A DNA stretch of 64,000 bases. Source: Trichomonas gallinae (taxonomy: Eukaryota). The position numbers were made by a program, and so were the translations under genes. The notes under the pieces were generated by a model. It saw nothing but the letters and a program-made list of their open reading frames with translations, had not been told where the DNA came from and ran no database searches. The stretch covers positions 1 through 64,000 of the forward strand of contig MRSU01001328.1 of NCBI GenBank assembly GCA_008369845.1, in the 5' to 3' direction. Below are positions 21,458 to 32,320 of the stretch, one piece after another. Each line of letters opens with the position of its first letter. The stretch's first letter is position 1.

Positions 21458-23080
21458 TTACTGCATCATATCCTTGATGTCGTCCTCGACACTGCCGATG
21501 CCCTTGATGCCGAAGTTCTTGATAAGAACGTTGGCAACGTTAGGGGAGAGGAAGCCTGGGATTGTTGGACCAACGCGGATGTTCTTGAAGCCCAAGTAGA
21601 GGAGGGCAAGAAGAACAGCAACGGCCTTCTGCTCGTACCAGGCAATATCGAAGGCAAGTGGGAGCTTGTTGACGTCGTCTAAGCCGAATGCCTCCTTGAG
21701 CTTGAGGGCGATGACGGCGAGTGAGTATGAGTCATTGCACTGGCCGGCATCGATGACGCGTGGGATGCCTGCAATCTCGCCGAGGCCGAGCTTGTTGTAG
21801 CGGTACTTAGCGCAGCCTGCTGTGAGGATGACTGTGTCCTTTGGAAGGGCAGCGGCAACTTTGGAGTAGTAGTCTCTCTCCTTGTGGCGGCCATCGCAGC
21901 CAGCCATGGAGACGAACTTCTTGATCTGGCCATTCTTGACGGCCTCGACGATCTTGTCGCTGAGGGCGAGGACTTGATCGTGGGCAAGACCAACAACGAC
22001 TTCGCCACGCTCGAGCTCCTTTGGTGGCTTGCATGTCTTAGCAAGAGCAATGATCTCTGAGAAGTCCTTGTGGCCTTCGACACCTTTCCTGTCTGGGATG
22101 TGCTTGAGGTCTGGCCAGCCGACTGGGCCTGTTGTGAAGATGCGGTCCTTGTACTCCTTCTTGACTGGGATGATGCAGTTTGTCGTCATGAGGATTGGGC
22201 CGTTGAATGGGCCGAACTCCTTGTCTTGTCTGAACCATGCACCGCCGTAGTTGCCCTTGAGGTGTGGGTACTTCTTGAAGAATGGGTATCCGTGTGCTGG
22301 AAGCATCTCGCCGTGTGTGTAGACATCGATGCCGGAGTCCTTAGTCTGCTCGAGTAAATCTTCGAGATCTCTGAGGTCGTGGCCTGAGACGAGGATGCCT
22401 GGCCTGTCGCCAACACCGATGTTGACCTTTGTGAGCTCTGGCTTGCCGTAGCGGCCTGTGTTCGCCTTGTCGAGAAGCTCCATCGTCTTGACGCAGTACT
22501 TGCCGGTCTCCATGCAAAGCTCAACGAGCTTGTTGATGTCCTCCTCGCGTGAGATGGCAGCGAGTGCTTTGACCTGGAATCTGTAGATGTCGTTGTCCTC
22601 GAGGCCGATCATTGCGGCGTGGTCTGCATAAGCAGCCATGCCCTTGATGCCGTAAAGAATCATCTCTCGCAACGAGACAACGTCTGGGTTTGGATGTGAG
22701 TTGACACCAACTGGGGCTTTGACTTCCTTCTTGGAGATCTTAGAGACCATGGAGCGTGCATAGTCGAGCTGCTTTGTAAGCGCAACGTCGTCGAAGTTCG
22801 CGTTTGTGATTGTCATGAACAGTGTCTTGTTGATGAGGAGGCCCATCTCGTTTGTGACTTCGCCGCCCTCGAGTGCAAGTGCGAGCTCCTTGCAGACTTG
22901 GACCATGTCGTCTTCGATGTTTGCTGTCGTTGGCATCTTGCCGCAGACGCCTTTCCTTGTGCATCCTGTGTTGTGGTTTGTCTCTTGGCACTGGAAGCAG
23001 AACATCTTCTCGCCAGCGCGCAAGTACGTCCTGAGGTTGCTGCTGAATGCGACGGAATGGTTGATTGATGATGAAAGCAT
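21458..23080 (-). CDS. hcp: Hybrid cluster protein (hydroxylamine/NO reductase) with a hydrogenosomal-type presequence
   Basis: MFCFQCQET...GC...[37 protein letters not shown] and [10 protein letters not shown] at 23080 follows Inr-like TCACT/TCATT, and codon bias switches there. The track extension to 23428 is spurious. Confidence 0.95.
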   Translation of the reverse strand: MLSSSINHSVAFSSNLRTYLRAGEKMFCFQCQETNHNTGCTRKGVCGKMPTTANIEDDMVQVCKELALALEGGEVTNEMGLLINKTLFMTITNANFDDVALTKQLDYARSMVSKISKKEVKAPVGVNSHPNPDVVSLREMILYGIKGMAAYADHAAMIGLEDNDIYRFQVKALAAISREEDINKLVELCMETGKYCVKTMELLDKANTGRYGKPELTKVNIGVGDRPGILVSGHDLRDLEDLLEQTKDSGIDVYTHGEMLPAHGYPFFKKYPHLKGNYGGAWFRQDKEFGPFNGPILMTTNCIIPVKKEYKDRIFTTGPVGWPDLKHIPDRKGVEGHKDFSEIIALAKTCKPPKELERGEVVVGLAHDQVLALSDKIVEAVKNGQIKKFVSMAGCDGRHKERDYYSKVAAALPKDTVILTAGCAKYRYNKLGLGEIAGIPRVIDAGQCNDSYSLAVIALKLKEAFGLDDVNKLPLAFDIAWYEQKAVAVLLALLYLGFKNIRVGPTIPGFLSPNVANVLIKNFGIKGIGSVEDDIKDMMQ

Positions 23081-23890
23081 CAGATAGAAATGAAGTGAGC
23101 CTAAACAACAATCATTGAACAAATTTCTGGGAAATTGAATTTGTTTGCGATACTTTTCAAAATCGTTTAGTCTTAATTTCTCAATATTGTCTCTTTCACG
23201 TTGCCGATCGGTTCCTAAAAGTTGGGAAAACTTCAGTAACAAAAATTTCAATGAAAAGTCAATTTTTCCCAAATTTGGAAATAACCCTAGAATAACCAAT
23301 AGTACAACACATGCAAAAAGAGTTTCAACCTGGGAAATTTCCCAAATTTCCAAGACTTGAGGATCGAGTTTGATTAAATAAGCTTTGTTGGCCAGTTTTA
23401 ATTTGTGGAATTGATCCATTATAATCAAATATATATGTGTCTATAGCTGGAATCTTAAAATTTCTATTTCAGTTCCGAATTTATTGATTTTATCGAATTA
23501 CAATTTGTTAAAATTAGTTAATGTCTAAACGAATGCAGACAAAAACCATTAAATCTGTTAACGACACAGTCACAGCATCATTGTCAGATGATTTATTTGA
23601 TGGGCACAATAAAATTAAAGATTTCAACATCGTAGCACATAAATTAAACAGCATATGAATATATAAACTAGATCATCTAGATAAAATTAATCAATTCAGA
23701 TATTATCAAATTTAAATTTAAAGTAATAAGCATTGATTAGCCAATATTTATTATTTTCATCATTGAAACAGTCATGGTTTCGATTGTATTACTAAAATAT
23801 CAAGTTTATGATTTTTCGTTAAAAAAAATCATAATAAAAAAGGAAAGTAATTTAGGATACAAAGAGCCTATAACCTCGATGTTTGAATGA

Positions 23891-24844
23891 TTAATCATCA
23901 AGAACATCAACAGCAAATGAATTATAATCAATTGCGCAAGTACCTTTGTTTCTTGCAATATTAACATATCCATCCATACCCCATGATTTGCCGAATGAGT
24001 TCTTGACAATCCAGTAATCATTTCCATTTTGAACACCATAACCAACAATTGTCATCCAATGGTTGACTGTCCATGGATCACATTTGTCGTTGTAGTAGAT
24101 TCCTGACTTATATTGCATGAAGTCTGTTTGTGATGCATCAAATCCGCAAACAACAGGACCAAGCTCATTCACTGCGTGCACCATGATTGTCTCATCAGTG
24201 GCATACACGCAATGATATGTTTTTGTGTAAGTATTGTTTTGATCTAATTTGCAGCTCCCAACAACTCCTGTGTATGGATAATCGGATTCGAGCATCCATT
24301 TCCCACCTTTAAGGATGCAAAGCCAGCTAATTACGCGGTCAGCATCGCCTCCTGCACAGCCTTTATCTAAATCATCACAATCGAGAATCATTTGTGGAGA
24401 AAGGACGTAATTTTGCTTATAGTTGATGTTCCATGATGTCTCTTGTGCAGCACATGGCGCAAAAGCGTAGCCAGCTGCGCAATTTTGTTGATCTCGGACT
24501 GGATTAACTTCTACTTTGGTTCTCCAGTCGAACTCTGCTGGCCAGTCTTTCTTTGTTGATTTGAAGTACTTAGCATCAGCTGGACGCTTAGATTTTCTTC
24601 CGGAACTAAGAAGAACTTTGTATTCATCATTAGTCATGCAAGAAAATCTGTTGTGTGCTAACTGGAAGGTATTATCACGATTGAATTCGCGAATGTAACG
24701 AGATCTTGAAAGGAAAACGCCCAATCTGAAAGCGTATTCATCACCAACATACATCTGGCCATGCTCGCGCATCCAGGAAAGGAATGAAAGCTCCTCGTGG
24801 CGCTCAACTAAAACACACGAAGCAAAAGAAGCAAACAAAAACAT
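23891..24844 (-). CDS. Cathepsin L-like C1A protein, probably non-peptidase (catalytic Cys replaced)
   Basis: I29-like prodomain, FDWR, DQQNCAAGYAF in place of CGSCWAF, NHWMTIVGYG and KNSFGKSWG. Confidence 0.9.
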   Translation of the reverse strand: MFLFASFASCVLVERHEELSFLSWMREHGQMYVGDEYAFRLGVFLSRSRYIREFNRDNTFQLAHNRFSCMTNDEYKVLLSSGRKSKRPADAKYFKSTKKDWPAEFDWRTKVEVNPVRDQQNCAAGYAFAPCAAQETSWNINYKQNYVLSPQMILDCDDLDKGCAGGDADRVISWLCILKGGKWMLESDYPYTGVVGSCKLDQNNTYTKTYHCVYATDETIMVHAVNELGPVVCGFDASQTDFMQYKSGIYYNDKCDPWTVNHWMTIVGYGVQNGNDYWIVKNSFGKSWGMDGYVNIARNKGTCAIDYNSFAVDVLDD

Positions 24845-24889
24845 TTATAAAATATTGAAAAGATTCGTCAGATTTTATTATTTTAAAGA

Positions 24890-25112
24890 TTTCGCTGTGA
24901 AAATTTAAATATAGATATTTTAGACATAGATATATACAAATCTCAAATTTTATTAATAAAATCTTAAATTTGCCACGTAAAATTACCTGACATTTTCAAC
25001 TTTTTGTTATGAAATTTTAATTATAGATATTTTAGACATTGGTATATCTAAATACAATATTTAAATAATAAAATAATTAATTTGTCACGTAAATTTACAT
25101 GACATTTTTAAC
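24890..25112. repeat. Degenerate tandem duplication with a 112-bp period
   Basis: ATAGATATTTTAGACAT at 24911 and 25023; TGYCACGTAAA at 24971 and 25083. Confidence 0.8.
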
Positions 25113-26552
25113 AGTCTCTTTCTCTATATTCCTGTTTTGTTCTTGGATTAACAACTAACATCATTTTACAATCATTTATGCCCTGATTACAGCAACGAAT
25201 TCAGATTTTCTTTTTGATCTTCACATTAAGACAAGAAAAACGAATATTTAGCTAGTTTACATTCTCAATAAGTGAAGTATATCATTACACTCTTTGAGAC
25301 TGTATTCCGAAACAATGTTTTAAATTATCATTTTCATTCTGGCAATTGAACTTTTCTTATCTTCGCACTTCATATACTATGCTGCCACACAAAGTATGCA
25401 GTACCACATTTTGATGTGTGAGACTCAGAAACAAGACTTTTTGTTTTCATTGAGATTATAATTGAAAACATAAAAATTGGAGCAATTGGATGCAGTGTAT
25501 AGGCGTGAATCTTATACCTGCTGAGAATGCGAAGGGTTGCGGGGCATTAAAAAATTAAATTACGAAATTTACAGCTAAAATTGTACTCGATGCAGCCGAG
25601 TTACAATTCTCAGCACATGATGGTTTTTATGCATTTAACATTGCGACACACAAGTTTAGACCTCTAAATTTAGAACTTTTGCGTCGAAAAGTAATGATTT
25701 TAATTTTGAAATGATAGTATATGATTATGAACTAGAATATGTATACAGTTGACTCTGTTCTATAATATAATGACGAGTGCAGTGCTAACGACGACATTTG
25801 AAACTATTGGGAATTTATATTTACTGTGAAAAAGATATCAGAACATGAGAAACATGTGATACGGACGATTAATAAAAGAATAACATGCTATAATTACCGT
25901 ACAAACTTATGAAAGAATGACAGAATTGCATTAACACAGATAACTAAAACTTTTCTTCTAAATAACCTCATTCGCATGTATAATGCACATATCTATGGAG
26001 TTGCGTGATCTAATTACAAAATTAAAAATCTCAAACGCTAGATATATAAATTATCAAACGAATTATATTTTGCATAGCAAATCATTGTTAATAAAGATCT
26101 ATTTTATCATGTTTATTTCGTGATCAAGCCTATATTAAAATATAACGAATTGAATTTTTAACGTAGTTTACGGGTGTGACAGCATATGAATAAATGAATT
26201 ATTTTGCTGTAGTATATCAGACAATTAACCGATAAAATATTTTCATTTGAATTTAATTTCTATTATTTTAATATTTTTTTCGAACAATTTATCAGATGTA
26301 ATTTGTTTCATATAATATAACTGTTGTTTGAAATTCAAACAAAAGACAAAACCTCGAAACCCTGTAATATATTAGAACATTAGTAAATAACCAATTAATT
26401 TATTTAAAAAGAATGCTCAGAATTTTCTAAATTTTGAGATAGCACTTTTGAGAGTATTTTTAGTGATTAAAAACATAGTTGAAAAAAACAAGCGATAAAT
26501 AATATTTAAATGTAAAATTTTATTGAAGTTTTTATAAAAAAACTTGTATTTA

Positions 26553-28367
26553 ATGCTTTTACTACTGCTAGAACTCTGTTATTCGGAGAGTGAGCCTTCA
26601 TTCATAGCCAAAAATTTTTCAATGAAAGACCCCATAGCTAATGATACAATTGCTGGAACGACAATCAATTTTAACGAAGTAAACTTTTCGCGAATAGCCT
26701 ATTATAAATCCGATGTTACAATTGAAAACTCATATTTCCAAAATAATACAGCATTTGGCGCCCATTATGCCACTGGAATGGGCGGCGCAATATACATCTC
26801 AGAGTGCTCTCTATCATTTACAGGAAATATGGAGTATTATAATTGCTCAAAGAATGAAGCAGGTACAGGTGGGTGCATATGTGCCGTTCTTTCGATAGTA
26901 TTACTGCAAAATATTAATTTCAGTGATAATACAGCATACAAATCTGGTGGATCCTTATATTTCCAAGGATTTAGCAAAGATGATAAGCTCACCATCATAA
27001 ATTGCCACTTTTCTAAAAATATTGCTCAAACCATTGGCGGCGCTATATCAATGGCACATGTCAAGGATGTTTATATACAAGGGTGCAATTTTTACAGCAA
27101 TTCAGCGCGCTTTTCGGGCGGAGCTATTAATTCTGCATCAGCAGATTATCTTATTTTTGACAATTGCCGCTTCTTTTACAACAGTTTATTATCAACACAG
27201 CGAGATGAGATGAAATTAGAAGGAAATATTATATTCAATACCCAAAATGAAATTCCTAGATTTAGACCTAGGGGAGGCGGCGCTATTTTTATTACCAGCA
27301 AAACTCCAAAGATTAACAGTACTTCAAACGTCGATATATTCGACTCATGCTTCATTGGCAATTCTGCTGGCAACCATTCAACAAATTTATTGGAAATCGA
27401 TGATAAAAAATACAACCACACAGCAAATCCTGGCCATAGTATGATGCTTTACGGAAATGTATATGTTTACTCCGTCAATACTCGCTTAGACTATGGCGAA
27501 TCATTAGTTGGTATGCATGGAAATGTTCAGCTACACTCATTTGGTAATGATTCCTGCTCTTCTTTGGAAGACAACAATTTTCAAATTTATGATATTACAG
27601 CATTTCCAATTAGTCATGTAAAGACCGATTTTCTATCTCTATCTTCAACATCAATTATCCCTTCACCAACAACATTTACATATCATGCAACGCCTATTAC
27701 AGCAACTAAAAATGTTGGCAACAAAAGAACTCAAATTTTCACAGCCTATACGACATTCCTTAAAGCACCAGCTTACATAGACACAACTTTCTCTCAACCT
27801 TCTCCTGTTTTCGATGAGAATGTTAATGCTTCTCTCTTATCAAACCAAACTATTACACTCACAAACATTACAATTAACGCAACTAAAGCAACATTGACAA
27901 ATACCATCACAGAAACAAATACAAGGACAACTGTATCAGAAAAACCTAAATTAACAACAACATACACAATCACACAAATCATAACATACATCCAGTTCAC
28001 TACACAGATACTTACATATTCCGCAGTATATATAATTGAACCACCTACACCCGAAAAACAAGAAAAAGGCGAAATATTTGATGCGCCAACATTGATTGTT
28101 ATTTCAGTTATATGTGGATTGTGCATTCTTTGTGTAGCAATGATTGGCCTCTATTTGTATAGAAAAGTTAGAGACAAAGATTTGTCTGAAGAAGAAGAAG
28201 ATGGAGATGTTTCATTTTCTGATATGAGTGAAACAACACCAGCAGACCTTAGTACTTTACGCAGCCAGATTACAAACTATGGTGAGGGTGAGGCGATAGA
28301 TCATCAAAGCGATTTGAACTCAAGTGAAATTGATGATCATAATTATATTAACAATTCTGACTTTTAA
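26553..28367 (+). CDS. Pmp-like (GGAI/FxxN repeat) type I membrane surface protein
   Basis: Signal peptide, repeated GGAI and FxxN motifs, Thr-rich stalk, one transmembrane helix and an acidic cytosolic tail. ATG at 26553. Confidence 0.88.
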   Translation: MLLLLLELCYSESEPSFIAKNFSMKDPIANDTIAGTTINFNEVNFSRIAYYKSDVTIENSYFQNNTAFGAHYATGMGGAIYISECSLSFTGNMEYYNCSKNEAGTGGCICAVLSIVLLQNINFSDNTAYKSGGSLYFQGFSKDDKLTIINCHFSKNIAQTIGGAISMAHVKDVYIQGCNFYSNSARFSGGAINSASADYLIFDNCRFFYNSLLSTQRDEMKLEGNIIFNTQNEIPRFRPRGGGAIFITSKTPKINSTSNVDIFDSCFIGNSAGNHSTNLLEIDDKKYNHTANPGHSMMLYGNVYVYSVNTRLDYGESLVGMHGNVQLHSFGNDSCSSLEDNNFQIYDITAFPISHVKTDFLSLSSTSIIPSPTTFTYHATPITATKNVGNKRTQIFTAYTTFLKAPAYIDTTFSQPSPVFDENVNASLLSNQTITLTNITINATKATLTNTITETNTRTTVSEKPKLTTTYTITQIITYIQFTTQILTYSAVYIIEPPTPEKQEKGEIFDAPTLIVISVICGLCILCVAMIGLYLYRKVRDKDLSEEEEDGDVSFSDMSETTPADLSTLRSQITNYGEGEAIDHQSDLNSSEIDDHNYINNSDF

Positions 28368-28582
28368 TCTTAGTATTTTATATTTATATAAATGTTTCTT
28401 AATTAGCACTAACCACACTAGTTTTTTTTAGTAATATATTAAATTATTATAATAAAATTTATATTTACATTTCTATATTAAAATAATATCAGACATCAGC
28501 AATATAAATGAACGATATACGCCAAAATTATTCATTACGTAATAAAAATAAATAAAATTTTATATGAATTCAAACAAACAAA

Positions 28583-29278
28583 TTAATCATCGTAGATAGA
28601 TTCTGTGCTTTCAAATGAAAGTTCTGTAGTTGATTTTGTCTTATTATATGATTTATGAAGATTTGGATCTCTTCTTTTGATTTCTGAAGCAGAAACTTCG
28701 TGAACTGTAATCTTAATGTCTGGTTTTCTGTTTGCTGCTTCTTTAATAAGCGTAATATCTTGATTGTATCTTTCTTTACGTTTAGAATATTCTTTTATCA
28801 GCAGCAATCTCTGTCTTTCACGTTTAGCTCTGAAGTCATCAAGCATCGCCTTAAATTTATCGACTTCTCTGTTGATTTTTATTCGAGTTGATTCTAAAAG
28901 TTCTTTTTGTCGTATTAATTCATTCTGAAGATCGATTTCTTCTTGTGATATAACTGATTCGACATGTATTTGCTCTTCATAATCGTCGTCATCAAAGTCA
29001 TCATGAGAATAATTCATATTCGGATTATCCAGTCGATGTTTAAAGTGTAAGTAATTGAGATATTCGAGATGAGTTCTTTGATTATCCCAAAATTCCATTT
29101 GTCTTGGATTTAAATACGGACTTGCTCTTCGCATTGTCGTTGGACCTGTGCTTTGGTCAACAAAGAAATGCTCAGGCTCATCAGAATTCAGGCTATATTT
29201 CGAAATGAATTCATCAGCTATTGACATTTTCCGCAAAATTATTAAACCGACAACAAAAAATTTATTCATTGACTTCAT
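28583..29278 (-). CDS. Hypothetical coiled-coil protein (alternative start 29227)
   Basis: 231-aa ORF with an acidic patch and a heptad-rich segment. Confidence 0.7.
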   Translation of the reverse strand: MKSMNKFFVVGLIILRKMSIADEFISKYSLNSDEPEHFFVDQSTGPTTMRRASPYLNPRQMEFWDNQRTHLEYLNYLHFKHRLDNPNMNYSHDDFDDDDYEEQIHVESVISQEEIDLQNELIRQKELLESTRIKINREVDKFKAMLDDFRAKRERQRLLLIKEYSKRKERYNQDITLIKEAANRKPDIKITVHEVSASEIKRRDPNLHKSYNKTKSTTELSFESTESIYDD

Positions 29279-29825
29279 TGAAAATCAAATATTTATACGA
29301 TTATTTTACTAATTTTCAACATATATTGCTGATTTATTCACTTTTTACAAAATTTAAAAATTTCAATAACAATACTAATATTATAAATGAATTGCTAAGT
29401 TTTTTCTTTACATTGCCATCAATTACAGACATTATACCTTGTTCAATTAGCAAGTTTAATATGATCATTTCATGAAGCACATATTAAAGCTGTCATATTA
29501 TGAAAAATTATATAACATTTATACACCAATCTTTAAATATGACTTTCCTTAGTTAATATTAATACGAATCCTTTCATCTTTTGAAAAATGGATAATAAAA
29601 GCTCAATAGATGATTCGCAATATCAATTTTCTCTTCTTCTTCTTTGTCAAATAAAAGATTATATGTAAGAAAATTGGAATGCTATGAAAAATTTCTTCTT
29701 CTTTTAATTCTATTTCTCACCATAGAATATCATAGATTAATGAATTTGATTGATGAACTTGCTATTTGATGAAAATAGAGAAGTTTTTAATCTTATAAAG
29801 GATAGACTTTATAAAACGATAGAAT

Positions 29826-31460
29826 TTAGTATATTTTATACGATCCATCTCCAATGAGTTCCAATGTCTTCTTGTGCCATTTGCTCAACTCTCTGTTATG
29901 GGCAATTGTGATGCATGTAACTCCTCTGTCTGCAAGAACTTGGAAAACTTCTTCTTCGAGTTTCGATGGGATCGCTGATGTAGCTTCGTCCAAGAGCGCG
30001 AAATAAGGCCTCTGGACGAAAACTCTCGCGATGGCAATTCTCTGCTGCTCACCCGGTGACAAACCATACCACCATTCGTCTGATTGTCTGAGTCTGAGGT
30101 GGTCCAGGTGCAAAAGCTCGAGAGCGCGAACGATGTCAGAGCTGTCGACTTCTTTCAGGTCCATAGGGAATGCGATTGCTTCTTCAAGGGTGCAGTTCCT
30201 CGGAATATACGGCCTCTGTGTTAAAATCATTGTCGACAATTCAGGAATTGTAACACTTCCTGTCTTCAGCGGCCAGATTCCGCCCAAAACTCTGAAGAGG
30301 GAAGACTTACCTGAACCTGATGGACCACAGATGAACGTAGACTCGCCCTTGGAGATAACAATGCTTAAATCATTAATGAGTGATTCGCCAGTTGGTCTCT
30401 GAACTGTTGCAGAGCTTAATACGAATCTTTCTCCGAATTTTGCGCTTTGAACTCTTTCGCTTTGCGTGCTGAGGATGTTCAGAAGCTCGTAGACACGTGT
30501 TGAGTAGCCAGAAAGTCTTGAGAAATCGTTCATTACATTCATGAGTGATGTAACACCATAAATCAAGCTGATAACCTCGAAGCAAACTTTTGCTGTAAAT
30601 GCAGCTAACTCAGCTGGGTCTGTTGTAGCTGGAGCACTGAGGTAAATGCACCAGTATACCAAAGCATTGCCGAAATACTGGCAAATGTTAACAACAATGT
30701 TCAAGAAAATTGATGTGTTGCATAACTGCTTTTGAACCTTCAAAACGGAGGCCAATCTGTTAGATAGCAGCTGCTGCTCTGCGGATTGAGCATGAGAAAG
30801 AGCGATTGTCTCAGCATTTTCTTTGAGATTAACATGAGCAAGACGAAAATCTGCATTTGCAGCTTCGAACTTGTATGTAAGGGCGATGATTGGGTGCATA
30901 GCTAATCTTGTGATGATGAATGTGGCAAAAGTGAAAGCAAAAGTAATTAATAATGTTTTTCCGCCCATATCATTATAAGTCGTATATGAGTACCAGATAA
31001 TGGTGGCTGGAGCCTGTGCAGCAGTAACAATGATTTTGATTGCTGTTTCACCGTAGTTTTCAATATCATTTGAGATACGGCCATCAGGGTTATCGATATG
31101 TGTATCATATAGAAGAAGATCGTAGAAGCTGTTACCGGATAGATAGTTTTTATGTATCTTTTGGACTAAACATTTGCGGAATTTGATGGATAATCTATCG
31201 CTGAGCCATAATTTGATTGTAATGACAGTGATTTGACCGAACAAAATGGCTACATATATGGACAGGGCATTGCCAAACTCCTTAGTTTGCATTTGAGTGA
31301 TGTAGAAGAAAAATTTTGATGGATATAAGCCGGAAAAGTTTCCAATGATGATTTCACCGACCGCAAAGCCAATAACGAGGAGCATGACTAGCGTTGAGAA
31401 CCACGTTGAGGCATTATAAAAGATCCTAAAAACATCAAATACTCTTACCCTTGAACTCAT
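29826..31460 (-). CDS. ABC subfamily D half-transporter
   Basis: IDNPDGRI, EAA-like NAETIAL, Walker A GPSGSGKSS, LSPGEQQR, ALLDEATS. ATG at 31460. Confidence 0.92.
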   Translation of the reverse strand: MSSRVRVFDVFRIFYNASTWFSTLVMLLVIGFAVGEIIIGNFSGLYPSKFFFYITQMQTKEFGNALSIYVAILFGQITVITIKLWLSDRLSIKFRKCLVQKIHKNYLSGNSFYDLLLYDTHIDNPDGRISNDIENYGETAIKIIVTAAQAPATIIWYSYTTYNDMGGKTLLITFAFTFATFIITRLAMHPIIALTYKFEAANADFRLAHVNLKENAETIALSHAQSAEQQLLSNRLASVLKVQKQLCNTSIFLNIVVNICQYFGNALVYWCIYLSAPATTDPAELAAFTAKVCFEVISLIYGVTSLMNVMNDFSRLSGYSTRVYELLNILSTQSERVQSAKFGERFVLSSATVQRPTGESLINDLSIVISKGESTFICGPSGSGKSSLFRVLGGIWPLKTGSVTIPELSTMILTQRPYIPRNCTLEEAIAFPMDLKEVDSSDIVRALELLHLDHLRLRQSDEWWYGLSPGEQQRIAIARVFVQRPYFALLDEATSAIPSKLEEEVFQVLADRGVTCITIAHNRELSKWHKKTLELIGDGSYKIY

Positions 31461-32320
31461 AAAAAAATAAATAAATGACAGCCAACATTTTGAAACCAAA
31501 GCACAGAGAGTCTAAATATGCAGGAGTTTTCGTCCAAAATAAGAGAATTTTGTAATTCATTGATTACAAACATCAAATCAAGCGGATTAGTTCATATCAG
31601 ATGGATATACTTCATATAAGGATGCTATATCATGATTTGATCACAGTTTATAACTAATTTTGCCTTGAATCTTATTCTAGCATGCGCGAGCCTCAATAGC
31701 ATTCGAAAAACATCCAGTTTTCATATGGAGATTATCCTTGTAAGAATGAGTTCAACGCATTTGATAATTTCGAATATTTTTTTTTACCAATACGAGTATA
31801 TAACTTTTAACACAAATATTCACCTATAATAGAGCAAAGCCATTATTTTATGACGAGATTAAAGTTTAAAATGTTGAATTTTTGATGTATCTAAGAATCT
31901 GACATCATCTACTTTTTTGTCATGTAAATTTTTCAAAATTGATAACATGTAAAATTTAATCAGTCAAAAATTCCTAAAATATCATATTTGGGTCATCGCT
32001 TGCAAGGATTTTCTCCATATTCAGAATATAAGTAGGTATGCATACAATGATAAAGTTAATAAGGGTGTATAAAATTTTCCTTCATATAATATTCATCATT
32101 CTCAATAACTAAATACTTTTTGACATACACTAAATTTACATGTCATATATTGATATTATATGTCATGTAAAACGTTTTATTGTCGTGTAAATATTTCTGA
32201 CATATAATGAATTTACATGTCATATGTAAGCTTTTAATCCCATGTAAGACATTTTTTGTCAAAATGTAAATTTACATGTCAATTGAAAATAAAATTTTAA
32301 AAATTCAAAATTTGTTTTAG

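Noticed and set aside
21466..23111. Many overlapping alternative-frame ORFs inside hcp
   Set aside because: By-product of GC-rich biased codon usage suppressing stop codons; no motifs.
23081..23428. 116-aa N-terminal extension of HCP in the ORF track
   Set aside because: AT-rich promoter-like DNA without the gene's codon bias; an Inr-like site and presequence begin at 23080.
31500..31780. Slightly GC-richer spacer upstream of the ABCD gene
   Set aside because: No ORF, repeat or convincing structure could be identified.
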